Shown here: positions 31,737 to 41,795 of the stretch, one piece after another | How positions within the stretch are numbered: the first letter of the stretch is position 1 | Layout: each line of letters opens with the position of its first letter | DNA from: an uncultured Chloroflexia bacterium | GTDB taxonomy: Bacteria > Chloroflexota > UBA6077 > JACCZL01 | DNA length: 64,000 bases | Assembly (NCBI GenBank): GCA_963765765.1 | Contig: CAVXYC010000007.1 | Location: forward strand, 1-64,000 | Direction of reading: 5' to 3' | Position numbers and translations under genes: made by a program | The notes under the pieces: generated by a model | What the model was told of the DNA's origin: nothing | Database searches by the model: none | What the model saw: only the letters and a program-made list of their open reading frames with translations

Positions 31737-32738
31737 GTGGACACCGCATTTCTGCTGCTTGTACTGATTGTTGTCCTCGGTCTCGCCTTCGACTTCATAA
31801 ACGGCTTTCACGACACCGCCAATGCCATCGCCACCTCGGTTGCCACGCGCGTGCTCTCACCGATACAGGCGGTCAGCATGGCAGGGGTTCTTAACTTTGT
31901 GGGCGCGCTTAGTGGCACCGCGGTGGCCGCTACTGTAGGCAAGGGCATCATCCCCCCCGAGTATTCAACCCAACAGCTCGTCATCTCGGCGCTGCTGGCG
32001 GCCATTACGTGGAACTTGATCACGTGGCACCTGGGACTTCCGTCCAGCTCCAGCCATGCGCTGGTCTTTAGCATCGTTGGTGCCGGCGTCGCCTCAGGCG
32101 GTTGGAGGATCATCGATATTGATGGCGTGGAGAAGACGTTTCAAGGTCTCGTCTTTTCCCCCCTCCTGGGTTTCGGCGGCGCGTTTATTCTGATGCTCTT
32201 CCTGCTGAACTTCTTTGCTAGGCACACGCCAGTCTTTGTGACTCGGTTCTTCGGTAAAGCCCAGCTTGTGTCTGCCGCGTATATGGCGTTCTCACACGGA
32301 TCGAATGATGCCCAGAAGACGATGGGCGTTATTACGATGGCGCTGGCAGCTTACTACGGTTGGGAGGGCGCAGAATGGGCCGTTCCGACCTGGGTGATCA
32401 TAGCGGCGGCCACGGCGATGGGGTTGGGCACCATGGTCGGTGGATGGCGAATCATCAAGACCATGGGGCTCAAAGTGGTGGAGCTTCGACCGATCCATGG
32501 GTTCGCAGCGGAGACAGCCGCGGCCACGGTCATTGATATTGCCGGTCGGCTTGGCATCCCGGTGTCCACCACGCACACCATCAGCACCGCCATCATGGGT
32601 GTGGGCGCCACCAAACGACTCTCGGCGGTGCGCTGGGGCGTAGCCTGCGACATCTTCATGGCCTGGGTGTTCACCATCCCCGCGTGCTTTATGCTGGCCT
32701 GGGCAATCCAGTCAGTCCTCAAGCTGCTTGGATTCTAA
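31737..32738 (+). CDS. pit: Inorganic phosphate transporter
   Basis: NGFHDTANAIAT, GLPSSSSHAL, HGSNDAQKTMG and PVSTTH. Confidence 0.93.
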   Translation: MDTAFLLLVLIVVLGLAFDFINGFHDTANAIATSVATRVLSPIQAVSMAGVLNFVGALSGTAVAATVGKGIIPPEYSTQQLVISALLAAITWNLITWHLGLPSSSSHALVFSIVGAGVASGGWRIIDIDGVEKTFQGLVFSPLLGFGGAFILMLFLLNFFARHTPVFVTRFFGKAQLVSAAYMAFSHGSNDAQKTMGVITMALAAYYGWEGAEWAVPTWVIIAAATAMGLGTMVGGWRIIKTMGLKVVELRPIHGFAAETAAATVIDIAGRLGIPVSTTHTISTAIMGVGATKRLSAVRWGVACDIFMAWVFTIPACFMLAWAIQSVLKLLGF

Positions 32739-32809
32739 TCGAGACGACTTAGAGACACGCGAAACGCCCACGGGCGATCCACCCGAGTGGATGTCCACTT
32801 AGCCTTCCA

Positions 32810-32960
32810 CTAGCCCGGATTATTCACGGTATTGAGACCGCCTCGCAATAGACTTCTCGGACGCCGTCTGGTGCCGCTGTTGCGGAATGGGGCGGGGTGT
32901 CGCACGGCGCGATTCGGGCGAGTTCGCCTATTGCGAACCCCGGTGAATAATCCGGGCTAG
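32810..32960. mobile_element. MITE-like element with 18-bp terminal inverted repeats
   Basis: CTAGCCCGGATTATTCAC ... GTGAATAATCCGGGCTAG, non-coding interior. Confidence 0.7.
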
Positions 32961-33166
32961 AGGCCGCAAGCCGCCTGACGATCCTGATCCTGGTGCCCAA
33001 TGCGCTTTAAGCCAGCTGAAGCCGCTGTCCCTAGAGCGGCATCCTTTTGTCGATTCCGGTGCTTGCGCGGTGTCTAACGCAGGTCGCACCATTTCCTAAA
33101 TTCAAGAAATTGTCCTGATGCTGTTATGTAGCATGACATCAGATGAGAAGGATTGAGGAGGCCTGA

Positions 33167-33865
33167 GTGGCCAAGGTGCTCGTCGTGGACGACGAACCAA
33201 ATCTACTGCACACGCTGCGGTACAACTTGAAACAGTCTGGTTATGACGTGGTCATGGCGGCCACCGGTGATGAGGCCATTACCGTTGCCAGCCACGAGCG
33301 TCCAGATATCGTCATTCTGGACGTGATGCTGCCCGGGGTAGATGGATTCGAGGTCTGCCGCCGAATTCGTGCGGACTCCGCGGTACCGATTCTGATGCTG
33401 ACCGCGCGCACCGAGGAGATTGACCGAATTGTAGGACTCGAAGTGGGCGCGGACGACTACTTGACCAAACCGTTCTCCACGCGGGAGCTGCTTGCGCGAG
33501 TCAAAGCCATGCTGCGTCGACGCGAGATGATTCGGCGCGAGCTCACGGAGGCGCCGGCGGGTTCGGAGCGATTGGTGAGTGGTGACCTCGAGCTCGACGT
33601 GGCCGCCCACCGAGTGATGTTGGGAGATAGAAGTGTGGCACTCAAGCCGCGCGAATTTGAGCTTCTGACGTTCCTGATGAGGAATCGCGGACACCTCTTC
33701 TCAGCCGAGCAGCTTCTGGAACAAGTCTGGGGCTACATCGACACTAGTGATCCACGCACGGTTCCAGTACACATCCGCAGCTTGCGCGAGAAGATCGAGG
33801 AGCAGCCATCCCAGCCGCGACGAATTGAGACGGTCCGCGGCGTCGGATACCGATTCGTCGCGTGA
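33167..33865 (+). CDS. OmpR-family response regulator (PhoP/PhoB-like)
   Basis: Receiver plus winged helix (IETVRGVGY); pit and phoX context. Confidence 0.9.
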   Translation: MAKVLVVDDEPNLLHTLRYNLKQSGYDVVMAATGDEAITVASHERPDIVILDVMLPGVDGFEVCRRIRADSAVPILMLTARTEEIDRIVGLEVGADDYLTKPFSTRELLARVKAMLRRREMIRRELTEAPAGSERLVSGDLELDVAAHRVMLGDRSVALKPREFELLTFLMRNRGHLFSAEQLLEQVWGYIDTSDPRTVPVHIRSLREKIEEQPSQPRRIETVRGVGYRFVA

Positions 33866-35676
33866 ACGCTCCACGCGGCATGCAGTGGCGCATTGCCCTG
33901 AGCTATGTCACGCTGCTGGCGGTGGTCATGCTGGTGCTGGGCGCGTATCTCGTCCGATTTCTGCGCGAGCAGGAGTTCCGAAACCTCGAGGCGCAGCTCA
34001 CCCGGGAAGCCCAGGTCGTCGCCGCGGACGCGGTCTATCGCCTGGCAATGGGCGGCCCTGAGGCGCTCGATCCTTTCGCCAAGCAAATTGGGGACGTGAC
34101 CGAGCTGCGCGTCACGCTCATCGCACTTGACGGCCGGGTGCTCGGTGACTCCGATGTAGACCCCGCGCTGACCGAAAACCACGCGAGTCGGCCAGAATTC
34201 GTCGACGCGCTCCGGACAGGCCTCGGCGAAACGCAGCGTCACAGCGCCACGGTTGATCGCGACTTGCTGTATTTGGCTGTGCCCATGCGGGACGGAGATC
34301 GCTTGATGGGCGTGGCTCGCGTGGCACTGCCCAGCGTCATGCTTGAGGCGTCCATCAATCGCGTGGTGGTTGCCGTTGCCGCTGCCCTCTTTGCCGCGGC
34401 GTTGCTCGCCGTGGCGCTCGCTATGATCATCGCGCGAGCCATTGCGTTGCCGATTCAAGCTCTGACCGCCTCGGCCCATCGCCTCGCCCAGGGACTTCCC
34501 CACCGGCCATTGCCGGTTCACGCCGGTGGAGAGGTTGGTGAGCTAGCGGCAACCTTTAACGACATGGCTGAACGCGTTCGCGACAACGTGCGATCGATCG
34601 AGCAGCAGCGGGCTCAGCTGGCAGCCGTGCTGGCCAACATTCCGGATGGCGTCGTCATGCTGGATGACGAAGGCACGATCATGCTCATGAACTCAGCGGC
34701 CAAGCGCCTCCTTCACGTGAGTGGAAAGACGGTGGATGGACATACGCTCATTGAAATAACTCGTGACCATGAGCTGTCTGATCTCGGACTCAGCGCCATT
34801 CGACTCCATGCTCCCACCCGGCCGACACTTATTGAGCACGGGTCCGGTGAAGCTCGTCGCTCAATTCAGGCCGTCGGTGCACCGCTGCCCTCCGAGGCGT
34901 CGCCCAGTGCCGCCGCGCTGGTCGTCCTGCAGGACGTCACCGAGCTGCGACGCACCGAGATGATGCGGCGCGATTTCGTTGCGAACGTCTCGCATGAGCT
35001 CAGAACGCCCGTCGCCTCCGTCAAGGCCATGGTAGAAACGCTGGAAGAAGGTGCCCTCGCGGACCCTGGCGCCGCTCGCGATTTCCTGGCCCGTATCCAC
35101 GTGGAAGTGGATGACCTGACGCGATTGATCGAGGAGCTGCTCGAGCTGAGCCGCATTGAATCGGGCCGCGTTCAACTTTCCCGCGAGCCGCACGATCTTC
35201 GAAACACCGTTCGATCGGCTCTCCAGCGCCTTCAGGCACCCGCTGAACGACAGGGCGTGACCTTGACTCAGTCTGATCATGCCCAGCCGGCAATTGCTCT
35301 CATTGACGATGAACGAATTCAGCAGGTGTTGATGAACCTGATTCACAACGCGATCAAGGTGACCGAGCCCGGTGGCACAGTAAACGTCTCGATCATGGCT
35401 ACCGAGAATCGGGTCCAGGTCATCATTCGTGATAACGGCATAGGTATCGACCGGCAGGATCTCGGTCGGCTCTTTGAGCGGTTTTACAAAGTGGACAAAT
35501 CCCGCTCCAGCGGTGGGACAGGCCTAGGTCTGGCCATCGCGAAGCATCTCACACAAGCACACGGTGGACGCATCTGGGCCGAGTCCGCGGGACGCGGCCA
35601 GGGAGCTACGTTCACAGTGGAGCTTCCAGCGATGCGCTTGGCCCCTGCCAGGCGGAAGGCGGCCGCGGCATCGTAG
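33862..35676 (+). CDS. phoR: PhoR-like sensor histidine kinase
   Basis: ENHASRPE cache, HAMP, PAS, FVANVSHELRTP, FERFYKVD and GTGLGL. Confidence 0.85.
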   Translation: MNAPRGMQWRIALSYVTLLAVVMLVLGAYLVRFLREQEFRNLEAQLTREAQVVAADAVYRLAMGGPEALDPFAKQIGDVTELRVTLIALDGRVLGDSDVDPALTENHASRPEFVDALRTGLGETQRHSATVDRDLLYLAVPMRDGDRLMGVARVALPSVMLEASINRVVVAVAAALFAAALLAVALAMIIARAIALPIQALTASAHRLAQGLPHRPLPVHAGGEVGELAATFNDMAERVRDNVRSIEQQRAQLAAVLANIPDGVVMLDDEGTIMLMNSAAKRLLHVSGKTVDGHTLIEITRDHELSDLGLSAIRLHAPTRPTLIEHGSGEARRSIQAVGAPLPSEASPSAAALVVLQDVTELRRTEMMRRDFVANVSHELRTPVASVKAMVETLEEGALADPGAARDFLARIHVEVDDLTRLIEELLELSRIESGRVQLSREPHDLRNTVRSALQRLQAPAERQGVTLTQSDHAQPAIALIDDERIQQVLMNLIHNAIKVTEPGGTVNVSIMATENRVQVIIRDNGIGIDRQDLGRLFERFYKVDKSRSSGGTGLGLAIAKHLTQAHGGRIWAESAGRGQGATFTVELPAMRLAPARRKAAAAS

Positions 35677-35900
35677 CATCGCCCTTAGCGTAGATTCGGG
35701 GACGACCCCACCTCAGCCCTCCCGCGCGGCAGGGAGGAGCCGGATTCTCCGTTTTCTAAGACACGAGAGGGCTCGGTTTCGCCGAGTCCTCCTCTGGATC
35801 TCGAATTCAGTGCATCGACACCAGCTTCTCGAACGCCGCCCTAACGTACTATCCGCCACGACCCCTGGGAGCGCTGTCCGGCCGCACGCTTCCGCGCCAA

Positions 35901-35926
35901 GTTCCGATAACCCCCATTATCGGCAC
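35901..35926. repeat. dif-like site
   Basis: GTTCCGATAA-CCCCCA-TTATCGGCAC. Confidence 0.85.
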
Positions 35927-36022
35927 CGGTGCCTGCCTAGGGGCTCAGCGAAAGACTGGGCAGATTGCTCGAGCGAGCTCACTCTGCGTTGTGGCACCAC
36001 GCGGGCGTACACTAGCGCCATC

Positions 36023-37047
36023 ATGATGCCACTCGGTCCGCCGGCACCCGTCGCCGCTTCCTGAGGGGTGGCCTGTCCGTGGCCGGCCTCGGTCTGCTGG
36101 CCGGCTGCGGGCTGCTCCCTCCCCAGGCCCCAACCTCCGAGCGGGTGCGCCTGATCGGGGTCCTCGGCGACGTGCCTGGCGGGCGTTGGGACGCGTTCTG
36201 GGATGGACTGCGGGAGCTGGGCTGGGTCGAGGGCCGGAACCTCGCCGTGGAGTCCCGCTGGGCCGAGGAGGAGACACCCAACGGTATCGGGCCCTCGCGA
36301 CCGAGCTCGTCGAGCGGAAGGTCGAGCTGATTGTAGTAGGGGCCTCGGTGGTGGCGGTCGCCGCCAAGCAGGCGACCGCCACCGTCCCACTCGTGGCGAT
36401 CCTGGTTAGCGGGGAGGCAATCGAGAGCGGGCTCGTCGACAACATCGCGCGGCCCGGCGGGAACATCACTGGGATTGCCGGCATAAGCGGGTCGCAACTG
36501 GAAGGCAAGCAGCTGCAACTCTTGAAGGAAGCGGTCCCGCACGCCTCCCGTGTAGCCGTGCTCCGCGGGCAATCCCGAGCCTTCTTCGAGCTCAGAGCGC
36601 CGCGTGCGGGCGCTCCAGGAGGCCGCGCCCGGCCTCGGGGTACACCTTCACGTCGTCGCCGCGCCGAACATCAGCGGCCTCGACGACGCGTTCGCGGCCA
36701 TGTCCACAGCCGGCGCTGATGCCCTCAAGATTCTCAACCACACCCAGTTCGGGACTGCGTTGGGACGCATCGCCGAGTTAGCGCGCCAGTATCGGCTGCC
36801 GGCTATCAGCGAATATCCGGACTTCGCTCGGGCGGGAGGCTTGCTGGCCTATGGCTTGAGTCGAGCCGAGATCTACCGGAGTGCAGCACCGTACGTGGAC
36901 AAAATCCTGCGAGGTGCCCGCCCTGGCGACCTGCCGATGGAGCGGCCGACGGACTTCGAGTTCGTGATTAACGTCGGGACAGCGCAGGCCCTCGGTCTGA
37001 CGATTCCTCAGCCGCTCCTTGCTGAAGCGACCGAGCTGATCCAGTGA
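36023..37047 (+). CDS. Orphan ABC substrate-binding protein, frameshifted; close paralogue of 271-1294
   Basis: Shares GLLAGCGLLPPQAPTSERVRLIGVLGD and YVDKILRGARPGDLPMERPTDF. Confidence 0.85.
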
Positions 37048-37153
37048 CCTCGTTCCAGTCCGGACTAACCGAGATCATCCATGAGGCGCATGCCTGATCC
37101 GCGCCGAAGCGGGCGGTATGGGCGTCGGGAAATGAGCTATCCACGCATCATTC

Positions 37154-37179
37154 GTTCCGATAACCCCCATTACCAGAAC
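37154..37179. repeat. dif-like site
   Basis: GTTCCGATAA-CCCCCA-TTACCAGAAC; possible degenerate second copy at 37185-37210. Confidence 0.8.
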
Positions 37180-37233
37180 CGCCGGATCCTGTAGCCCCTA
37201 TTACGAGACCAACTTGGCTGCAGCCCGTCATAG

Positions 37234-37872
37234 CTAAACGCGACAAAGCAGGGTCAACGACGCCAGAAGCAATTTGACTCGGCCCTGGATGTCATCTCGG
37301 ATCTCGCGTACCTGCTCGATTGGCAATCCTTCGGGATCGGCAATCTCCCAATCTTCGTAGCGCTTGAACGGGTACACCGGGCAGGCATCGCCGCACCCCA
37401 TCGTGACGATCACGTCGGCCACCTGGACGACTTCGTCCACCAATGGCTTCGGAAACTCGCGCGACAGGTCGAGCCCTACTTCAGACATAGCGCGGACCAC
37501 CACGGCATCGAGCTCCTCGGCGGGGGTGCTGCCAGCAGAATGCACACCCACGACTCCGTTGCTTAGATCGCGCAGAAAGGCCGCGGCCATCTGGGACCTA
37601 CCGGCGTTGCGGCTGCAGATGAACAGCACGTCGGCGCTTTCTTTCTCAAGAGGCTTCGCAAGACTTACGAGCGCTTTCAGCCGTTCGCGCGTGAAGCGGT
37701 AGACGAACATAGGGACGTAGTTCACGATCCGAACTTGTCCCAGGCATCTCTGGGACTCATAAGCACATTGTTCGATGGTCTCTTCCGAGAATGTCCCTCG
37801 AAATTCGTATGACAACCGCTCAATCTCCGCCTGGATCGCACGCTCGAGATGGAATTGGAACGGCTCGTTCAT
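37234..37872 (-). CDS. arsC: Arsenate reductase (LMW-PTP fold) with an N-terminal helical extension
   Basis: FICSRNAGRSQMA, TMGCGDACP and DPEG. Confidence 0.9.
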   Translation of the reverse strand: MNEPFQFHLERAIQAEIERLSYEFRGTFSEETIEQCAYESQRCLGQVRIVNYVPMFVYRFTRERLKALVSLAKPLEKESADVLFICSRNAGRSQMAAAFLRDLSNGVVGVHSAGSTPAEELDAVVVRAMSEVGLDLSREFPKPLVDEVVQVADVIVTMGCGDACPVYPFKRYEDWEIADPEGLPIEQVREIRDDIQGRVKLLLASLTLLCRV

Positions 37873-37926
37873 CGTTCCGTCCTCCCGCCGAGACACTTCG
37901 GCAAGCAGCCCTTCACTCCCATGGCA

Positions 37927-38351
37927 TCACTCCGACCCCAGAAACTCATCCGTGATCCGCTGGCGGATGGCATCGCGAACAGCGCGGTACATCTGCATCT
38001 GCTCCGCTTCGTTTCCCGTCGCTTTTGACGGATCCGGAAAGCTCCAGTGCAGTCGTCGCTTGGCGCCGAAAAACACGGGCAGGCCTCGTTGGCCTGATCG
38101 CACACCGTGATTACCGCGTCGAATGGCTGGTCGAGATAGCGGTCGAGTGTCTTGCTCTCCTGAGCGCTGATGTCGATATCCAGCTCGCCCATGGCCTTGA
38201 TGGCCAGCGGTCGCACGCGCGTGGCTTCCGTCCCCGCGGAATACACGTCAAACTGCTCCCCGCCGAGTCCTCGCAGGAGCCCCTCGGCCATCTGGGAGCG
38301 CGCCGAATTGTGGGTGCAGAGAAAGAGCACACGCTGTTTGGTACTCATCAT
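37927..38351 (-). CDS. arsC: Thioredoxin-type arsenate reductase, frameshift near 38080
   Basis: [26 protein letters not shown] and HWSFPDP in the second frame. Confidence 0.88.
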
Positions 38352-38383
38352 GGCTCACCTCCGTTCGTGACTCTGAACCGCGC

Positions 38384-39241
38384 CTATGCTGCGCGGATTG
38401 CATTGAGCTCATCGGTTCCTCCATTGCCTCGTCCGCCGTATGCGGCAGGAGCGATCTGATTCCGTACTGGTAGAGAGCTGCCCCCGCTACGGCCCCTAGA
38501 CATGGGCCCACAAGGTAGATCCAGAACCCGCCGCGGGGGCCAGGAATCGCGATGCTGCCAAATCCCACGGCCCAGGCGACCAGCCGGGGGCCAAGATCGC
38601 GGGCTGGATTCCATCCCGCCTGGGTGATGGGCGCAAAGAGGCAGATCAACAACGCCACTGTGAAGCCGATGAAGAACGGCACCATGCCCTCCGGCGTGAC
38701 GCGGTTCTTTGGATCCGTAAGGGCGAAGATCACCAACACCAGAATCGCCGTTCCGAATGCTTCCACAAGCATCGCCTCGAGCGGCGATGTCAACGCCTGG
38801 GCGTCGAGGCCCGTGCCGAAGATTGCTGGATTCGGGAAGTACTGGCCAAAGATCATCGCCGCGCGCTCGCTGCCTGGCGCTCCGCGGGTGAGCCCCTCCT
38901 TGGCCTCGAAACGCGCAAGGATACGGCCCCCAGACAACGAAAACAACCAGTCCGGCGGCGATGGCGCCCACGAACTGCGCGAGCCAGTACGGAAGCATCC
39001 GTCGGGCCGGGAAATCATCGCGACGGAATAGCGCAACTGCCAGCGTCACCGCCGGATTCAAATGAGCGCCCGAAAGCGTGGCTGAGCAATAGATCGCCAG
39101 GGACACGCCAAAGCCCCAGACAACGGCCACCTGCCACAACCCCTGGAGCGCTCCCGTGAGCACGGCCGTGGCCACGGAGCCGATCCCGAACAAAACCATC
39201 AGAAAGGTGCCCAGGCACTCGCCTGTCAGCGCGGCTCGCAT
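38384..39241 (-). CDS. MIP-family aquaglyceroporin (GlpF/AqpS-like arsenite channel), frameshifted
   Basis: SGAHLNPAVT and NPARDLGPR motifs; lies between arsR and arsC. Confidence 0.88.
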   Translation of the reverse strand: MRAALTGECLGTFLMVLFGIGSVATAVLTGALQGLWQVAVVWGFGVSLAIYCSATLSGAHLNPAVTLAVALFRRDDFPARRMLPYWLAQFVGAIAAGLVVFVVWGPYPCAFRGQGGAHPRSARQRARGDDLWPVLPESSNLRHGPRRPGVDIAARGDACGSIRNGDSGVGDLRPYGSKEPRHAGGHGAVLHRLHSGVVDLPLCAHHPGGMESSPRSWPPAGRLGRGIWQHRDSWPPRRVLDLPCGPMSRGRSGGSSLPVRNQIAPAAYGGRGNGGTDELNAIRAA

Positions 39242-39311
39242 AGCACCGACGCATCAATGGGTGTTGATATATGAGCCCGAAGAAAGCGGATGGCACTCAT
39301 TTGGTCTATAC

Positions 39312-39676
39312 CTACGAACAACCCGCCGGCCCGCACTCGGCCGTGCGGTCGCCAATCGTGGCTGGATCGAACAGCCCGGTCAGCTCCTGGTGGATCAGGG
39401 CGAGCCGGTCAGCGTCAACGCGGTAATAGATCCAGCGCTGATCCACTGGATCCCGTCGTCCTTGCACCAGGCCGGCATTGCGGAATTGGCGCAGGTGGTG
39501 GCTTATCAGATTCTGCGGCAGCTCGAGCTGTTCGGCCAGTTCACAGTTGCAGATTTCACCCGCCATAAGCGCGAGGAAAATACGGCGCCGCGTCGGATCG
39601 CTGATCAGCCGCAAGAACTCTGCGGAGGTCGGCGAAGCATCCGGCCGCTGGGTAGTGAGACGGGTAATTCAACCAT
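39312..39676 (-). CDS. arsR: ArsR/SmtB family regulator
   Basis: SDPTRRRI, EICNCEL, QNLISHHL and WIYY; N-terminal frameshift. Confidence 0.85.
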
Positions 39677-39736
39677 TATTGATATTGTGCGCCGAATCAC
39701 AGCTAGAGTGCAAATCACCTGACCTTGACCGCTCTT

Positions 39737-39756
39737 ATATAGACATTCATCGATAT
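39737..39756. promoter_or_regulatory. Candidate ArsR operator
   Basis: Imperfect palindrome ATATAGACATTCATCGATAT upstream of arsR. Confidence 0.55.
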
Positions 39757-39797
39757 TATCCCCTTGAAGGCGGTATAATTTGACCAACAGGGACGCA

Positions 39798-40592
39798 TCA
39801 GCTACGCCATGCGACCTCTCTGATGACGTCTTCTACGCATCGGAGTTGTTCACGCAAACAATCGGGGACCGGCTCGTTCGGGGCAAGTCCCTCGCTGAAG
39901 GCTACGCCCAGCGTCACTATGGGCTTCATATCCACTTGGCCCCTGCTACCGAACTGAAACAGCAGTTCTGGTGTATTCAGCTTGAGCGGTCCTCCGGGAT
40001 GGACATACTCCCAGTCCGGGAGGATGGCGGCTCCATCGTGGCCGACAGCGAGGTTTTCAAGATCGATGACCGCCAGATTCAGATTCTTGTGCTTGTCGTC
40101 GATGTCCATCGAGTGAAGCTGGGCGAGTCGTTCTCGGCTGGGCAGGAAAGCATCCGCATCGGAAAACTCTTGATACGGCTGCAAGCTCTCGATGAATGCT
40201 TGTACGGCATCGGGAAGCAAGCGGACCGCGTACTTGCCGCATGTTCGTTGCAGGGCACCCTTCTTGTCCCGTTTCTCCCAATTACCTTTGTGGGACAGGA
40301 TTGGAAACGCTGTCCACTCGGGGGCAGATTCCCGCCTGCTCGAAATTTCGTAGACGATGTGATCCAGAGCGGATCGCATGTTGTGGACGGCATCGCCGGC
40401 GGCCAGAGCGATGTGATCGGGCAGTTCCTCCGAGAGCTTGATCCACACGCGCAATTTCCCCGGCTCACTCTCGGTATCCGGGATGATTTGGCAGGGTTCT
40501 CCTTGGATGAACTCGGTGGCTGCGGTTACCGCGTCCGTGAAGTGCTTGTATGCCCGATTGACCTTGAGTCGCCACGAAGGTACGGTGCTCAT
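39798..40592 (-). CDS. Hypothetical protein, possibly HEPN-like
   Basis: LKVNRAYKH, GDAVHNMRSALDHIVY, IESLQPY and DIDDKHK motifs. Confidence 0.7.
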   Translation of the reverse strand: MSTVPSWRLKVNRAYKHFTDAVTAATEFIQGEPCQIIPDTESEPGKLRVWIKLSEELPDHIALAAGDAVHNMRSALDHIVYEISSRRESAPEWTAFPILSHKGNWEKRDKKGALQRTCGKYAVRLLPDAVQAFIESLQPYQEFSDADAFLPSRERLAQLHSMDIDDKHKNLNLAVIDLENLAVGHDGAAILPDWEYVHPGGPLKLNTPELLFQFGSRGQVDMKPIVTLGVAFSEGLAPNEPVPDCLREQLRCVEDVIREVAWRS

Positions 40593-40633
40593 GCTTTGAT
40601 GTGTCTCGCATCGTGAACGGGGTGGAGTTTGCG

Positions 40634-40863
40634 ATGTCCCAGCAAGTCATAGTGTATTCACAACCGGGTTGAATGTTCTGTAACAAGGTGAAAGAGTTTC
40701 TTCCCAACGAGGCGTGAATTACGTTGAACGAAACGTCGCGGAAGATGAGCAGGCGCTGGAAGAGCTGACGGCGCTTGGCTATATGACGACTCCGGTGGTG
40801 AAAAATCGACGACCACTTAGTGATCGGCTTCGATCGTGCTCGTCTCGAGGAATTGCTCGCTAA
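40634..40863 (+). CDS. Glutaredoxin/NrdH-like protein with in-frame UGA (probable selenoprotein, UxxC)
   Basis: MSQQVIVYSQPG-TGA-MFCNKVKEFL...YMTTPVV.IDDHLVIGFDRARLEELL; two homopolymer indels; absent from the ORF track. Confidence 0.8.
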
Positions 40864-40986
40864 GAGGGCTTCCCTCGCTTTCTGTGGCGGTCGCGGTCGT
40901 GGTCGCGACAGATCGTAGTCTCCAAAACGGAAGCATCTAATTTCTCTGTCATCCAACTATCCGCGCCTGTCGAATACTTACTGTCC

Positions 40987-41194
40987 GCGCCGCCGTACGC
41001 GGCATACACTCGTCCGAAGTCGGGTCGGACTGGAATGTCGGGATGACTCCGTAGGCGACCAGTACCATGGCCCCTATAAGCCCAAAAGGCCATGGGCGTC
41101 CTTCCCGCAACCACTGCCACACCAGCCAGCCGCCGCCGATTTCCGCGAGGCCCGCCAGCGCGAAGAGCGCCAGGGCGCGGGCAATGTCAGGCAT
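40987..41194 (-). pseudogene. ynfA: YnfA/UPF0060 membrane protein, 3'-truncated
   Basis: [19 protein letters not shown]...[10 protein letters not shown], then homology is lost. Confidence 0.75.
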
Positions 41195-41592
41195 GGTGGC
41201 CGAGCTGCTGCATGCGGTCCCAGGTGTCTTCCAGGCTCCAAACCTCTGATAAGCGCCCGTCCAGCACGCGGAAGATGAAGATTTCGTGCACTCGCTCCAT
41301 GCGCTTGCCCGTCGCAGGCTGGCCGATGAATGGTCCCCGCCTGGGTCCCCGAGCATGTGCAATGGGCCACGACCCGATCGCCTTCCACGATGAGTTCGAC
41401 GATGTCCTGACGCCAATCTGGAAACGCTTGAAGGAATTCGGTAAACGCGTCTCTGAAACGGTCTGCAAGCGCCGGCGCGCATAGTTCCTCGAGCACTTCG
41501 AATCGTCGCTCGTTCATTGCCTCCTGAACCAAGCGGCGGACAAGGGCCTTATTTGACTCGGTTTCCAACATCTCTCGCTCAGGAGTGTTCAT
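41187..41592 (-). CDS. SnoaL-like ester cyclase, frameshifted
   Basis: NKALVRR, AFPDW, EGDRVV and PATGK. Confidence 0.85.
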
Positions 41593-41624
41593 GCGCCTAT
41601 TGTTGCCTATAGCTACTGTGGTTC

Positions 41625-41650
41625 GTTCCGATAACCCCCATTATCGCAAC
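41625..41650. repeat. dif-like site
   Basis: GTTCCGATAA-CCCCCA-TTATCGCAAC. Confidence 0.85.
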
Positions 41651-41795
41651 GTGTCGAGCGTGGGCGAGAGCTCGGCGTTCTTGCCTTGAGACCGTGAGCC
41701 AGATGAGCGGCGAGAGAGCCCACCCACGAGGCGCCTTGTTGGCGCGAAGTGGAGGGCCCTTCGTCGAGCTCGGTGGGGCTCGGGCGCGGTCGAGA

